DNA of 64,000 bases from Candidatus Latescibacterota bacterium (GCA_965197905.1 CBDAOB010000001.1:32001-96000), one strand, 5' to 3'; counted from the first letter of the stretch, positions 32,768-43,998 are shown. Translations and numbers: made by a program. Notes: generated by a model not told the origin, from the sequence alone.

Positions 32768-34534
32768 CTGTACACCAGCATATACGCAGCAATAGGAATA
32801 TTGAGGGCGGTCAGAGGGATGGCCACCCTCCAAGCCCAGCACACGAGCTGGTCCATGGAGGGGCGCGGTACTACGAGGGTAGGGTCGAGAACTGGCGCGC
32901 CAGCCTTAGGGTTCGGTGGGTTCCCCATGGCTTTCGCCATAGCCCTCAGTCCGACTCCCATCGCTACGTTTCCAGTTCCCGCCGCCTCAAACCGGACGTG
33001 CGGATCTCCCGCATCCGGCTTCCCGACGAACGTCACATCCAGGCACACGCCACAAGGACTTCACCTGGTAGTCAAGCTGCTTCCGATGCATACTAGTCTT
33101 ACTGCTGGAGGCAATAGGCTCACGCCACTCTCCAACCCTCTGCACTTCCGCAGCATGTCCGAAGTCAGGCCCCTTCCCTCCACCGGAGTTACCCGGCTTC
33201 CTCGGTACTACGCGCCTGTCCGCCACCTCATCCAGCCCAGTCTGGCCCTCGCGGGTTACCGGTTGGAGGCACTCGCTGCTTCCACCGGATGAGGCTTCCC
33301 GTGTTGCGCCACATCTCCTCTTACACACATGCTGTCGCCACTACCCCGGCGGAACAGCTGGGTGCGCTTGTCGCTCGACTTCCCCAGCTGCAGCGGCCTT
33401 CCCTGGTTTACGGGCAGGTCGGCTTCCGCATTACACTTTTCGAGGCCTGCTCAGCGTTTACTCACGTTACGGCCTGTGTGCTCGCCAAGTCGCCCAAGGC
33501 GACCCTCTACACCGGAGGCTTCAGCGGCTTCGTCGCCTCCACCACTGCTCCGATTGCTACCGGCTGGAGCGACCCTTGCCGGGTGGGATTCGCACCCACT
33601 GAAGATGTGCGCCTTAGCACGGCGCACCGTAACCATTGTGTGAACAACATGAACAGCATCGATTTCGCCAACAGCAGAGCGACCCCAAGGAGCGCCCACC
33701 CCCCCCTCCTTCCCCTTCCGCGACGAACGGCAAGTGCCAGCCGCCAAGGTAGAGCGTCGCCACCAGCAGGCTCGCGGCCAGCAATCGCAAGCGCCCGGCA
33801 AGGGCCAGCAAACCCAGCGGGAGTCCGCTGTAGGAGGCTGCGTAACCGGCCTCCATTTCCTGAGACCGGCCCGAATCGAGTGGTAGGCGGTCGGCGAACG
33901 CGAAGGTTGCCGCCACCATTCCGAGGAAACCAAGTGGCTGGACCAGCAGATTCCACCGTGGCAGAAGCCCTGGAGTTGCCGCTTGGGAGCGAACGATCTC
34001 CGCCAGTTGCATGGATCCGCCGGCCAATGCCACGCCAGCTATCGCCAATCCTGCAGCGATACCAAAACTCACGACCTGCGACGCCATATTCAGCGAAGCG
34101 ATCTGGGCATAACCGTGACCGGAACCCCGGCCCGCCGCGATCAACCCGAAAGCGGCAAGCGGGATTAGCGCCACGACAACCATTGTACCGGCGCCGGCGG
34201 ATGCCAGCTGCAGTGACATGGAGAGTCCTCCGATCTCAACATCTTTCCCGAATGGAATCAAGCCAAGCAGAATCAGCGGCGGCAGCAGCGAAACGAGGGG
34301 CGCCAGGAAGAATATTCGTCGGTCACCAGCCTCCGGAGCCACACACTCCTTGCACATCAGCTTCAGGCCATCGGCGTAGGTTTGCAGCAGTCCAACGCCC
34401 CTAGCCCCGTCGTACCGTCCAGTGGCGACCCGGGTCCAACCCCTTTCAAGGAGAATGGAGAGCGGAATGAGGATACCGAAGGTCGCCCCCAGCAGCACTG
34501 CCGCCTTGATCACCAGAATGGGAATCTCTTGCAT
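32764..34534 (-). CDS. nuoH: NuoH-like subunit split by a group II intron (exon 1 34534..33628, exon 2 32878..32764) and by a frameshift at G8 (33699-33706)
   Basis: GLLQ..ADGLKL..KE, WN...QPLGF, LYLGGW; spliced C-terminus WLRLVVPRPSMDQLVCWAWRVAIPL matches NuoH WxRxxxPRxRxDQLxxxxWKxxxP. Confidence 0.85.
32879..33627 (-). mobile_element. ORF-less group II intron (749 nt)
   Basis: 5' GTGCG; domain V AAGCCGGATGCGGGAGATCCGCACGTCCGGTTT (33021-32989); 3' end CTCGACCCTAC; EBS1-like CGTAA complementary to exon end TTACG; no RT ORF. Confidence 0.93.
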
Positions 34535-34579
34535 GACTAACGTTCGCTCGTGTCCTCTACGAGAAATAGGTTGACCGTC

Positions 34580-34685
34580 GTCTGCTGCCGAGGCGCGGGG
34601 ATTGCAAGGCGCCTGAGCGAGCCTGTACTGGTGGAGTACGGCGAGTGAAGGCAACGCCGCAAGCCCCGATGGATCGGCGGCAGAC
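34580..34685. repeat. palindromic element, copy 2
   Basis: IR GTCTGCTGCCGA / TCGGCGGCAGAC; same internal loops as 24694..24777; begins at nuoG stop codon. Confidence 0.8.
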
Positions 34686-36343
34686 TACTTGCGATGGTCG
34701 TCCACATGCAGAAACCCCCATTGCTGTAAGCGATCTGACCAGCCGGCCCCGTAGGCCTGCCCAACTACTCTCTCGTCCTGTTCGCGACTCTGCAGCGACT
34801 CGTAGGTGAGTTCGCTGAATATGCCGCCGACCTCTTGACTCATTTCCACCAGTATCTCCTCTGGTTGCTGGAACTGCCGCTGCATCGCGGTCGCGGCCAG
34901 CCGTTGCAACACCTGCCATTCGGGCAGCACGCCGGGTGGCCCGGCGATGCAGCCCCGTATCCGCTGCACTCTACCGTCGAAATTGGTAAAGGTGCCTTCC
35001 TTTTCGAAAGGCGTCAGTCCGGGAACCACCAGATGCGCGGACTCGGTCAGCGACGAAGGGATGGTCGCGTGGACGACCAGCAACTCTAACTCGTCGAAGG
35101 TGTAGCCACCCGTCGACATCGATTCCACCAGCGCATCCGAGCCGACGACATAGGCGCGGGTGATGGTGCGGTCGACGATACCCGCCATCAAGCGCTGTGT
35201 GGATTCCAGCTCAATGTCGAGTGCACTGGCGATCTCCTTTACTCCGCGCCCGTTGGGTGTTCTGTCCTCACGGATTGTGAACCCCGACTTGAAGGCGATT
35301 TCCCGGCCCTTTCTACCTTCTTCGAAACAGACCAGTTGCGCGCCCCAGACATCCGTGGCCAGCTTCAGCAGCAGGTACGCCTCCTCGTTGGTCAGTGTGC
35401 CATTCAGCACCACCGCCAAACCGCCCTCCGCACCCAACAGGTGACGGTCGGCAAACGCCAGTGCCTGTTCCCACGTCGCCTGCTCTTGGTCGCCGCCCTC
35501 CCGGATACGCGGTTCCGCGAGCCGATCGTGGCGCTGGATTTCCCGCCAGCCGTAGCGGCCCTCGTCGCACATCCAATAGCCGTTTACCGCCAGGTTGGCT
35601 CGAGGTTTGAGCCGCTGGATGTCGCCGCTGTAGACATCGACCCTGATATTGCAGCCGGAACTGCAACCGGGGCAGATCGAGTTTATACCCTGAAGTGTCC
35701 AAGGAGGTGGATCGAATCGAGACTCGGGTTCGACTAGAGCGCCCACGGGGCAGATGTCAACGTTGTTCCCGGACATACCGTCTTGCAGTTCTCTTCCAGG
35801 AAACAGGCTGACCACGGTTTCCGCTCCCCGAAATGCCGGACTGAGCTCGCCTCCCCCCGAGATCTCATCCGTGAACCGGGCACAGCGATTACAGCCAATG
35901 CAACGGCTGGAATAATACGACACCTGCGGACCAAAGCGTACCGGCGGCGCGTTCCTTTTCGGCCATTCCGCATCGCTCCATTTTGGACCATGGGAGTCGG
36001 CATGATCCTGCAGCTCGCATTCGCCGGCTTTGGAGCAGGTGGAACAGTCGAGAGCGTGTTTCCGAAGCAGAAACTCCAATACATCCGATCTCGCTTTCAG
36101 CACCGCCTCGGAGTTCGTGGAAACAACTAGTCCGTCCACCACCGGCTGGTTGCAGGTAGGCGCCAGCACGGTGGAACCGCCGTCGCCGAACTCGGCCACG
36201 CACAGCCTGCAGCTGGCGGGACTGGAGAGTGCCGGATGGAAACAGAAGTGTGGAATGAACTCACCGGCTTGCAAGGCGGCGAGCAGTAGGTTGCCGCCCT
36301 GGCGCACCTCTATCGTTTCGCCGTTCAGCTGGATTGTTGGCAT
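34685..36343 (-). CDS. nuoG: NuoG-like Fe-S subunit (short form)
   Basis: CFH...SCRLC...TC; HALDCSTC...GEC; CIGCNRC...ICPVGAL; CPGCSSGC...C. Confidence 0.9.
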   Translation of the reverse strand: MPTIQLNGETIEVRQGGNLLLAALQAGEFIPHFCFHPALSSPASCRLCVAEFGDGGSTVLAPTCNQPVVDGLVVSTNSEAVLKARSDVLEFLLRKHALDCSTCSKAGECELQDHADSHGPKWSDAEWPKRNAPPVRFGPQVSYYSSRCIGCNRCARFTDEISGGGELSPAFRGAETVVSLFPGRELQDGMSGNNVDICPVGALVEPESRFDPPPWTLQGINSICPGCSSGCNIRVDVYSGDIQRLKPRANLAVNGYWMCDEGRYGWREIQRHDRLAEPRIREGGDQEQATWEQALAFADRHLLGAEGGLAVVLNGTLTNEEAYLLLKLATDVWGAQLVCFEEGRKGREIAFKSGFTIREDRTPNGRGVKEIASALDIELESTQRLMAGIVDRTITRAYVVGSDALVESMSTGGYTFDELELLVVHATIPSSLTESAHLVVPGLTPFEKEGTFTNFDGRVQRIRGCIAGPPGVLPEWQVLQRLAATAMQRQFQQPEEILVEMSQEVGGIFSELTYESLQSREQDERVVGQAYGAGWSDRLQQWGFLHVDDHRK

Positions 36344-36397
36344 GGTTTCCGATGGTCGCAATATGTCAAAACGTTGACGCTGGTGTTGAGCATCGTG

Positions 36398-37740
36398 TTA
36401 GAAGCGGACGCTGACCGCTTCGGGGACCTTGATCGCCAGATCTTTTTCGACGGGACAGCCGCCAGAATCGATATGCTGTCTGAATTCGCTCTCGAACGCG
36501 CTTACAAACCCTGCAGCGGCCAGGCGAAGGCGGCTCCCAGGCCACACAGCATCGGCGATGCCGAAACCATCAGCGGCCCCATTTTTTCACCTAACTCGAA
36601 CAACCTGCCGAGATCTCCTTCCGTACCTTCCCCCGATTCGACCCGGGCGATAATGTCGCGCATCCACGGCATCCCCTCGCGGCACGGGGTGCACTCGCCG
36701 CAGGATTGCCCGGCGTAGAATTCGGCTAGATTGAGGGCGGCATCTACCATACAGGTCGTCTCGTCCATGACAATGATCCCGCCAGTGCCGAAAACACCGC
36801 CGAACTCTCCTCCTCCCGGGTGCAGCCACGCTGCCGGATCCAGAGGCACATCCAGCTGGTCGGCGTGTAGAACCGGCGACCGACCTCCCCCCGGAAGCAC
36901 GGCCTTCAGCTGATGCCCCGAGCGCACGCCACCCCCCATCTCGTAGATGACTTCACGCAAGGTCGAAGCCCCCAGCGGCAGTTCGTATAGGCCCGGCCTG
37001 CTCACGTGTCCGCTCAGGCAAAAAACGAGGGTGCCGGGATACCCCTCGCTACCGATGCCTCGGAACCAGTCGGCGCCGTTGTTCACGATGTGAGGCAGAT
37101 ATGCCAGGGTACCGATATTGGCGACCTCCGCCGGCTTGCCGAAGAGCTCCGGGACGACCGCGGTGCCGCGGGGTTCCGCCCTGAAACCTTCGATAGAGCG
37201 CAGGAGAGCCGTCGCTTCGGTCTCGATATAGGCGTCCCCGCCTGGATGTACATACACCTCGAGAGCATAACCCGTCTCCCGAACGTTGGCGCCCAGCCAG
37301 CCGTGCTCGCGCGCCGACGCTATAGCCCGCTCCAGCAACGCTCGGCCCCGGCTCATATCGCTACGCAGGCAAACGTAAACGGTCGAGGCGCGCAGAGTGT
37401 ACGCGGCGATGATAATGCCTTCGAGTATCTGATGGGGATTGCGCTCCAGCAGCTTCCGATCGCGGAACGTGCCCGGTTCGCTCTCGTTGCCACCGACACA
37501 GAGAAACTCCACTCTGCCAGCCCGTTTCTGGGCATGGTTTCTCCACCGGGCAGCGACGGGGTACCAGTCGCCGCCCCTGTCCTGCAGACCGGACTGTTCG
37601 ATCAGGTCCAGCACCTCGCCCGGTGGTCGGCGTCGCACAGCGATCTCCGCGGCGGCGTAACCTCCGTTGGCGACATAGGTGTCCCACAGTTCGATGTCGG
37701 GGACGTCGATGTCGTTCAACAGCACGCGAAACTCAGCCAC
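36398..37740 (-). CDS. nuoF: NuoF-like subunit with degenerate FMN motifs and a frameshift near 36509
   Basis: ESEPGTF.DR, SGHV.RPG.YE, SCGECTPCREG...CGLG; C-terminus FVSAFESEFRQHIDSGGCP continues in another frame to TAA at 36398. Confidence 0.85.
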
Positions 37741-38224
37741 CGGACTCTCCCTCTAGCGAAAGCTTCAATCTCTCAAGGATCTGATCGATGCGTTCCAGCG
37801 TGAGACTCTGATGCAACTCGCCATCGACCAGTATGACCGGGCCCATGCCGCAACAGGCAAGGCAATCAACTTCCTCCACGGCTACAAGCGAGTCGCTGAC
37901 GTCGATCTCCGCCAACCTCTCTTTCAGGTACTCAACCACCCGCGTGGCCCCCATCAACCGGCAGGAGAGCGTACCGCAGACACGAATCAGGTGTGCTGGC
38001 GGCGGTTGGAGACGAAAAGCGGGATAGAAGGTGGCTACTCCATAGACCCGGGCGGGAGAAAGATTCAGCTTGCCCGCAACGAACTCGATGGCCTCTTCCG
38101 AGAGGTAGCCAGCCTCACTCTGAACCAGATGCAACACCGGCAGCAAGGCCCCGGATGGCTGGGGATAACGGCGGGTGAGATCGTCGTACTCCACCACCGC
38201 TTTTGCCGAAAGCTTGAAGCTCAT
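37733..38224 (-). CDS. nuoE: NuoE 2Fe-2S subunit
   Basis: ALLPVLH..Q, VATFY, VC..LSC...G, CLACC..GP. Confidence 0.92.
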   Translation of the reverse strand: MSFKLSAKAVVEYDDLTRRYPQPSGALLPVLHLVQSEAGYLSEEAIEFVAGKLNLSPARVYGVATFYPAFRLQPPPAHLIRVCGTLSCRLMGATRVVEYLKERLAEIDVSDSLVAVEEVDCLACCGMGPVILVDGELHQSLTLERIDQILERLKLSLEGESGG

Positions 38225-39920
38225 CGATCCACCTCTCCGGCTACCACGTTGAGGCTACCCAACACCACCAGCGCCTCGGATAGGGTCATCCCATGAGCGA
38301 CATGTTCAAAGAGCTGATAATTCAGAAACGATGGCGCCCGCACCCGCAAACGGTACGGACGGTCGGAACCGTCGCTGACGATGTAGAATCCCAGCTCACC
38401 GTTGGGCGATTCGGTGGGTAAATAGGAGTCCGCGTCTGGAGGCGGCTGAATTCCGTGTCCTTCCATCCAGAGTTTGAAGTGGTGAATCATGGATGATGCC
38501 TGACTGGAGATCTCACTCCTCTGTGGGCGCCGAGCGTTTGAATTCATCGTCGAGTAGTCGCCGCCGGGAAGATCGCGGAGCGCCTGGCTGACGATGCGGC
38601 AGCTCTGGACGAGCTCTTCGACACGCACCAGATAGCGGTCGTGCACATCGCCGGTTACTCCCACAGGGACGTCGAAATCGAACTCTTCGTAGGCGCTGTA
38701 CGGCTCGTCCTTTCGCAGATCGCAACCGACGCCTGCCGCCCGCGCCACCGGGCCGCTCAACCCCCACGACCTGGCTTCGGCCACACCGATCGTCCCGACC
38801 CACGCGCCCGATCCAACCACACTCCATTGCCGTCCCACAGCGCTCGAAGCTCGGCGACCCCGCGCATCATGTCCGACAGAAATGCCGATACCCTTGCTGA
38901 GAATTCGGGCGGCAGATCGGCGGCGATTCCGCCCACGCGAACGAAGCTTGTCATCCATCGGTTTCCCGCAATGGATTCGTAGATGTCGCACAGCGCTTCC
39001 CGCCGCGTGTCAACAAGCTGGAACAGACCGTGGGCAGCGATTTGCCGGGCCTGAGACCCCAACCAGATGAGATGCTCGCCGATGCGCCCCAGTTCGCTGA
39101 GTATAACCCGGGCATACTGGGCTCTTTCAGGAACATCGACGCCCAGCAAGCGCTCGACGCACAGAACAAAGGCGAGGTTGTTGCAGAACGGCGATTGATA
39201 GTTGATCCGGTCGGTGACAGTTACAAACTGCATGTAGCTCTGATTTTCACCCAGCTTCTCTACGCCCGAATGAACAAATCCAAGATCCAACCCCACCCGA
39301 GATATCATATCCCCTTCCGCTTCCAGGTCGGCGCTCAGATTGCCTGTCATTCCCGGGTGAAGCGGCCCCAGCCGCAGGAGGTTGGAGTCGTCGACACCTT
39401 GTTGGTTCCCGGGCGCCTCCTCGCCGGGGGGCGAAACCCCGACCGGGGCAGAGCCGCACCCGGCGACGGGAAAGTCCTTGCGCAATGGAAATGATTCGAA
39501 ACTGTCGGGAAGCAGGATTCTGCGCATGTCCGGATGACCGCGGAAACGGATGCCAAACATGTCGTAGACCTCGCGCTCGAGCCAGTTCGCCGCAGGCCAC
39601 GAAGAAGCGATGCTTTCCACTTCATCGATATCCGGATCTAGTGGAACCCTGAGGCGAAGCCGGAAACCTGAGATGGACGAACGCAGTTGGTAGACGAGTT
39701 GGAAACGTTTGCCACGGCCCAGGTGGAGTCGGTCCACAGCCGTGAGGTCAACGAGGGTGTCCAACCGATCGCCATCGTGGCCGCTTAAGAATTCCAACAG
39801 AGGTTCCAGATCGGCAACCGAGACGTCCAGCGTCCACTCGCCCCGCAACTCTAGAGGTTGCAGGCGAGCTGCCCCCAGGAACTCCCGCAGGTCTAAGAGG
39901 ATCGGGGTTTCGGTTGCCAT
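38221..39920 (-). CDS. nuoCD: fused NuoCD-like subunit with a frameshift near 38800
   Basis: [30 protein letters not shown] (C); H.G.EK, GP..RA.G...[19 protein letters not shown] (D), split over two frames. Confidence 0.85.
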
Positions 39921-39936
39921 AGCGGACGCAGCCAGC

Positions 39937-40311
39937 CTAGCGAAATCCGCTCTTGCGCCAAGCGTACACAAGACCGGTCCCGACGATGACCATAAAACCG
40001 AGAATCCCGGCTACCGAGTCGTGGCCGCGCTCAAGCAGAGTGCGGAATTCAGCTGCCCAAATCAGCAGGAAGGCCAAAACGCCTGGCAGCATCAAAGTCA
40101 CGAAGACAAATCCGTAATAACGGAAGGGAAATTCACGCGGTCCTCCGAACGCGGGCCGTCCCGATTCGAACCTGGAGGTTGCGGTGCCGGTGGGTTGGTC
40201 CGGCCGCAGTCGCCGTGCAATCATCGAGCAGAAAAATACCCCCGCCAGCGCCATGATTATCAGAATTGGGATGGCGGCGTACTGCTCTATCGTCGGGGGG
40301 TAGGTTGACAC
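39937..40311 (-). CDS. nuoA: NuoA-like subunit (divergent)
   Basis: 3 TM, FESG (for YECG), [12 protein letters not shown]. Confidence 0.8.
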   Translation of the reverse strand: MSTYPPTIEQYAAIPILIIMALAGVFFCSMIARRLRPDQPTGTATSRFESGRPAFGGPREFPFRYYGFVFVTLMLPGVLAFLLIWAAEFRTLLERGHDSVAGILGFMVIVGTGLVYAWRKSGFR

Positions 40312-40422
40312 GATTAGGTGGCCGCCATGGCTCGCAAGGCACCCGGAGTGCTCAAGGACGAGCGCCGAATCAAATAATCCGGCCTCAGGCCGCGAGCCGG
40401 GATGGATCGCGGTAGCAGGAAA

Positions 40423-40665
40423 TCAGACCGTCGTCGCTTCGCTTCTGGTGCTAACTGCCTCACCCGATTGCGACGAGAACTCGTCGTCGTCCGAACACGA
40501 ACCTGGAGGAGCGCCACACTCGCAGAGGGGTTGTCCGAACTCGTCGCTCATGGCACTCAGGCCGCCACAGGACCCTTTGATACGGCGGTTGCTAAAGATC
40601 ACACCGACCGCCATACCGGCAATGACTAAGCCAAATACCAAAAGCGCTGCAACGTACTGTTCCAC
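40423..40665 (-). CDS. nqrM: Na+-NQR maturation factor (DUF539)
   Basis: MAVGVI....IKGSCGGL......CEC......C directly after nqrF. Confidence 0.88.
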   Translation of the reverse strand: MEQYVAALLVFGLVIAGMAVGVIFSNRRIKGSCGGLSAMSDEFGQPLCECGAPPGSCSDDDEFSSQSGEAVSTRSEATTV

Positions 40666-40677
40666 TAATCCTCTTTC

Positions 40678-41916
40678 TCAGCCGAAGTCGTCGAAACGGA
40701 TCATTTCCTGCTCGACACCGAGGTCGTCGAGCATCTTCATCACCGCCTGCAACATCAGTGGCGGGCCGCACAAATAGTATTCGATATCTTCGGGCGCCGG
40801 GTGTTGCGACAGGTAGTTGTCGAGGACCACCTGGTGAATGAATCCCATGTAGCCAGTCCAGTTGTCTTCGGGCAACGGTTCAGACATGGCAACGTGGAAT
40901 TTGAAATTTGGATATTCCGCTTCGATCTTGCGGAAATGATCCTCGTAGAACAGCTCTTTGCTGGAACGAGCCCCGTACCAGTAGGAAACCTTGCGGTTCG
41001 TGTGTTCGGTATGAAAGAGGTGAAAGATGTGCGATCGCAACGGAGCCATGCCGGCCCCACCTCCGACGTACATCATCTCGCGCTCAGTTTCCTGAATGAA
41101 GAACTCCCCGAATGGACCGGAAATAGTCGCTTTGTCCCCCGGTTTGAGATTGAATACGTAAGAGGAGACGATTCCCGGATTCACATTCATCCACCCTCCC
41201 TTTTCGCGGTCGGGGGGAGGTGTGGCGACGCGAATATTCAACATGACGATGTTGCCTTCGGCCGGGTGGTTCGCCATGGAGTAGGCTCGGACTACGGTTT
41301 CGGGGTTGACCGTCTTCAAATCCCATACCCTGAAGCGGTCCCAGTCATCGTGGAATCTTTCTTCGATGTCGAAACCGCGGAAGTCGCATTCGAACGGCGG
41401 CACCTCAATCTGAATAAACCCTCCCGATTCGAAGTTGAGTATCTCGCCCTCGGGTAGCTTGAGAACCAGCTCTTTTATGAAGGTGGCGACGTTGTTGTTC
41501 GACACCACTTCGCACTCCCACCTCCTCACCGAGAAAACTTCTGCGGGTACGTCTATTTTCATGTCCTGCTTGACGCTGACCTGGCAGGACAGCCGCATCC
41601 CCTCGCGAGCTTCGCCCTTGGTAATGTGCTCCAGCTCGGTAGGCAGTATATCTCCGCCTCCATCGTGCACGTGGACCTTGCATTGGGCGCAGGTGCCTCC
41701 GCCACCACATGCGGACGAAACGAAGATCTGACTGTCGGCCAGTGCGTTCAACAGCTTGCCGCCAGTGGGCACCGAAATGGAGCGGTCCGGATCGTTGTTG
41801 ATAAGGATGTTGATATCGCCGCTGGGTACCAGCCGCGAGCGGGCGACGAGAATCAGCGCCACTAGAAACAACACGACCATGGTGAACATGCCGACGCCGG
41901 CGCCGATCTCAGTCAT
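40678..41916 (-). CDS. nqrF: Na+-NQR subunit F
   Basis: [44 protein letters not shown]. Confidence 0.97.
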   Translation of the reverse strand: MTEIGAGVGMFTMVVLFLVALILVARSRLVPSGDINILINNDPDRSISVPTGGKLLNALADSQIFVSSACGGGGTCAQCKVHVHDGGGDILPTELEHITKGEAREGMRLSCQVSVKQDMKIDVPAEVFSVRRWECEVVSNNNVATFIKELVLKLPEGEILNFESGGFIQIEVPPFECDFRGFDIEERFHDDWDRFRVWDLKTVNPETVVRAYSMANHPAEGNIVMLNIRVATPPPDREKGGWMNVNPGIVSSYVFNLKPGDKATISGPFGEFFIQETEREMMYVGGGAGMAPLRSHIFHLFHTEHTNRKVSYWYGARSSKELFYEDHFRKIEAEYPNFKFHVAMSEPLPEDNWTGYMGFIHQVVLDNYLSQHPAPEDIEYYLCGPPLMLQAVMKMLDDLGVEQEMIRFDDFG

Positions 41917-41965
41917 CTGAACATTCTCTCTCTATCATTCACCCTGAGAAGCTTGCGACAGGACA

Positions 41966-42577
<612 letters not shown>

Positions 42578-42579
42578 AA

Positions 42580-43206
42580 TTAATGCCGATCCTCTTCGAT
42601 CTGCTCCATTTTAAACGACCGTAGCACCCAGATAAACACTCCGATGATGAAGAATGCACTGGGTGGCAGGAGCATCAGTCCATTCGGTGCGTACCACCCT
42701 CCCTCGGCTACGAGTGAAAAAACCTCGACTCCCAGCAGCGTGCCCGAACCGAAGAGCTCGCGAATCACCGCGACCACCAGCAAAATGACACTGTAGCCGA
42801 TGCCGTTACCGATTCCGTCCAACAGGCTCGTTCCCACCCCGTTTTTCATGGCGAACGCCTCGGCTCTACCCATGATGATGCAGTTGGTGATGATGAGACC
42901 GACAAAGACAGACAACTGCTTACTGACATCGAAGGCATACGCCTTCAGAACCTGATCAACAATGATGACCAGAGAGGCAATGACGGTCATCTGCACGATA
43001 ATGCGGATGTTGGTCGGCACGTGCTGTCGAATCAGACTGACTCCCATGTTGGAGAAAGCCAGCACGAAGATAACGGCGAGACACATCACCATCGCCGTCT
43101 CCAGTTTGCTGGTGACAGCCAGTGCCGAGCAGATACCGAGTATCTGTAGAGCGATCGGGTTGTTATTGAAGACGGGGTCGAGCAGGGTCTCTTTGTTCTT
43201 AGCCAT
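42580..43206 (-). CDS. nqrD: Na+-NQR subunit D
   Basis: [31 protein letters not shown]. Confidence 0.96.
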   Translation of the reverse strand: MAKNKETLLDPVFNNNPIALQILGICSALAVTSKLETAMVMCLAVIFVLAFSNMGVSLIRQHVPTNIRIIVQMTVIASLVIIVDQVLKAYAFDVSKQLSVFVGLIITNCIIMGRAEAFAMKNGVGTSLLDGIGNGIGYSVILLVVAVIRELFGSGTLLGVEVFSLVAEGGWYAPNGLMLLPPSAFFIIGVFIWVLRSFKMEQIEEDRH

Positions 43207-43975
43207 GTTTCCGCGCTTTCAACTGTTTGAGGTACGGGCCGAAACCGCTGTCGCCCAGCCAATAGGTCAACATGTTGGTTACACCTCTAGCGGTAATGGT
43301 TGCCCCCGAAATACCATCAACTTGATATCTCGATTCGAAACGCGAAGGATCCGCTTTGCCCTTGATGACGGTAATTCGCAGCTTGCCGCTCTCGTCGAAA
43401 GCGCTCTTGCCGTTCCACAGCGCTTTCCACGCCGGATTGTCCACCTCGCCACCGAGTCCGGGGGTTTCCATGTGTTCGTAGTAAACCAGAGCGCGTATCG
43501 TCGAGAGGTCGCGGGCATCAAGAGTGACGAAACCGTAAAGGGTGGACCAAAGTCCGAGCCCGTGCACTGGCAGAATGATCTTCCGGACCTCGTCGCCCTT
43601 GCGCACGAGATAGACCGAAGCCTGTTTCGCCCGGCGTTTGATATCCCCCAAGTCTTCTTCAGTTGGCACCTGGATGCTCGTCGCCGGATCCTTGGCCGCC
43701 CGGCGCTGATCGTAGGCCTGGGGGTCGATCCCTTCGGCGTAGTGACCGGTCTCCAGCTCGACCACCTTGGTTTCGATAGCCTCAAAAAGCTCGTCGATGC
43801 TCTTCTCGCCTTCCTCGAGCCCGGCAGCCATAAGGATATTGCGTTTTTTGTCGAGGCTCTTGTTGACCGTCTGAATCGGCCGCAAGTAGACAGCCGCACT
43901 CGAGACCAGCACCGAGCAAACGACACACAAAAGGAACGCCACGAAGAAGGTCTTGCCGATGGTTTCCTTAGCCAC
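43199..43975 (-). CDS. nqrC: Na+-NQR subunit C
   Basis: [25 protein letters not shown] (FMN-Thr). Confidence 0.96.
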   Translation of the reverse strand: MAKETIGKTFFVAFLLCVVCSVLVSSAAVYLRPIQTVNKSLDKKRNILMAAGLEEGEKSIDELFEAIETKVVELETGHYAEGIDPQAYDQRRAAKDPATSIQVPTEEDLGDIKRRAKQASVYLVRKGDEVRKIILPVHGLGLWSTLYGFVTLDARDLSTIRALVYYEHMETPGLGGEVDNPAWKALWNGKSAFDESGKLRITVIKGKADPSRFESRYQVDGISGATITARGVTNMLTYWLGDSGFGPYLKQLKARKHG

Positions 43976-43998
43976 GATACACTTCCACTAGGTTGTTC

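Noticed and set aside
33580..33600. tRNA T-arm-like hairpin GTGGGTGCGAATCCCAC
   Set aside because: It is part of group II intron domain I; no cloverleaf can be formed.
32801..34404. ORFs over the intron region (32801..33292, 32987..33328, 33289..34404) as an intron-encoded protein
   Set aside because: No RT (YADD) or maturase motifs; they are chance frames across structured RNA or antisense to nuoH.
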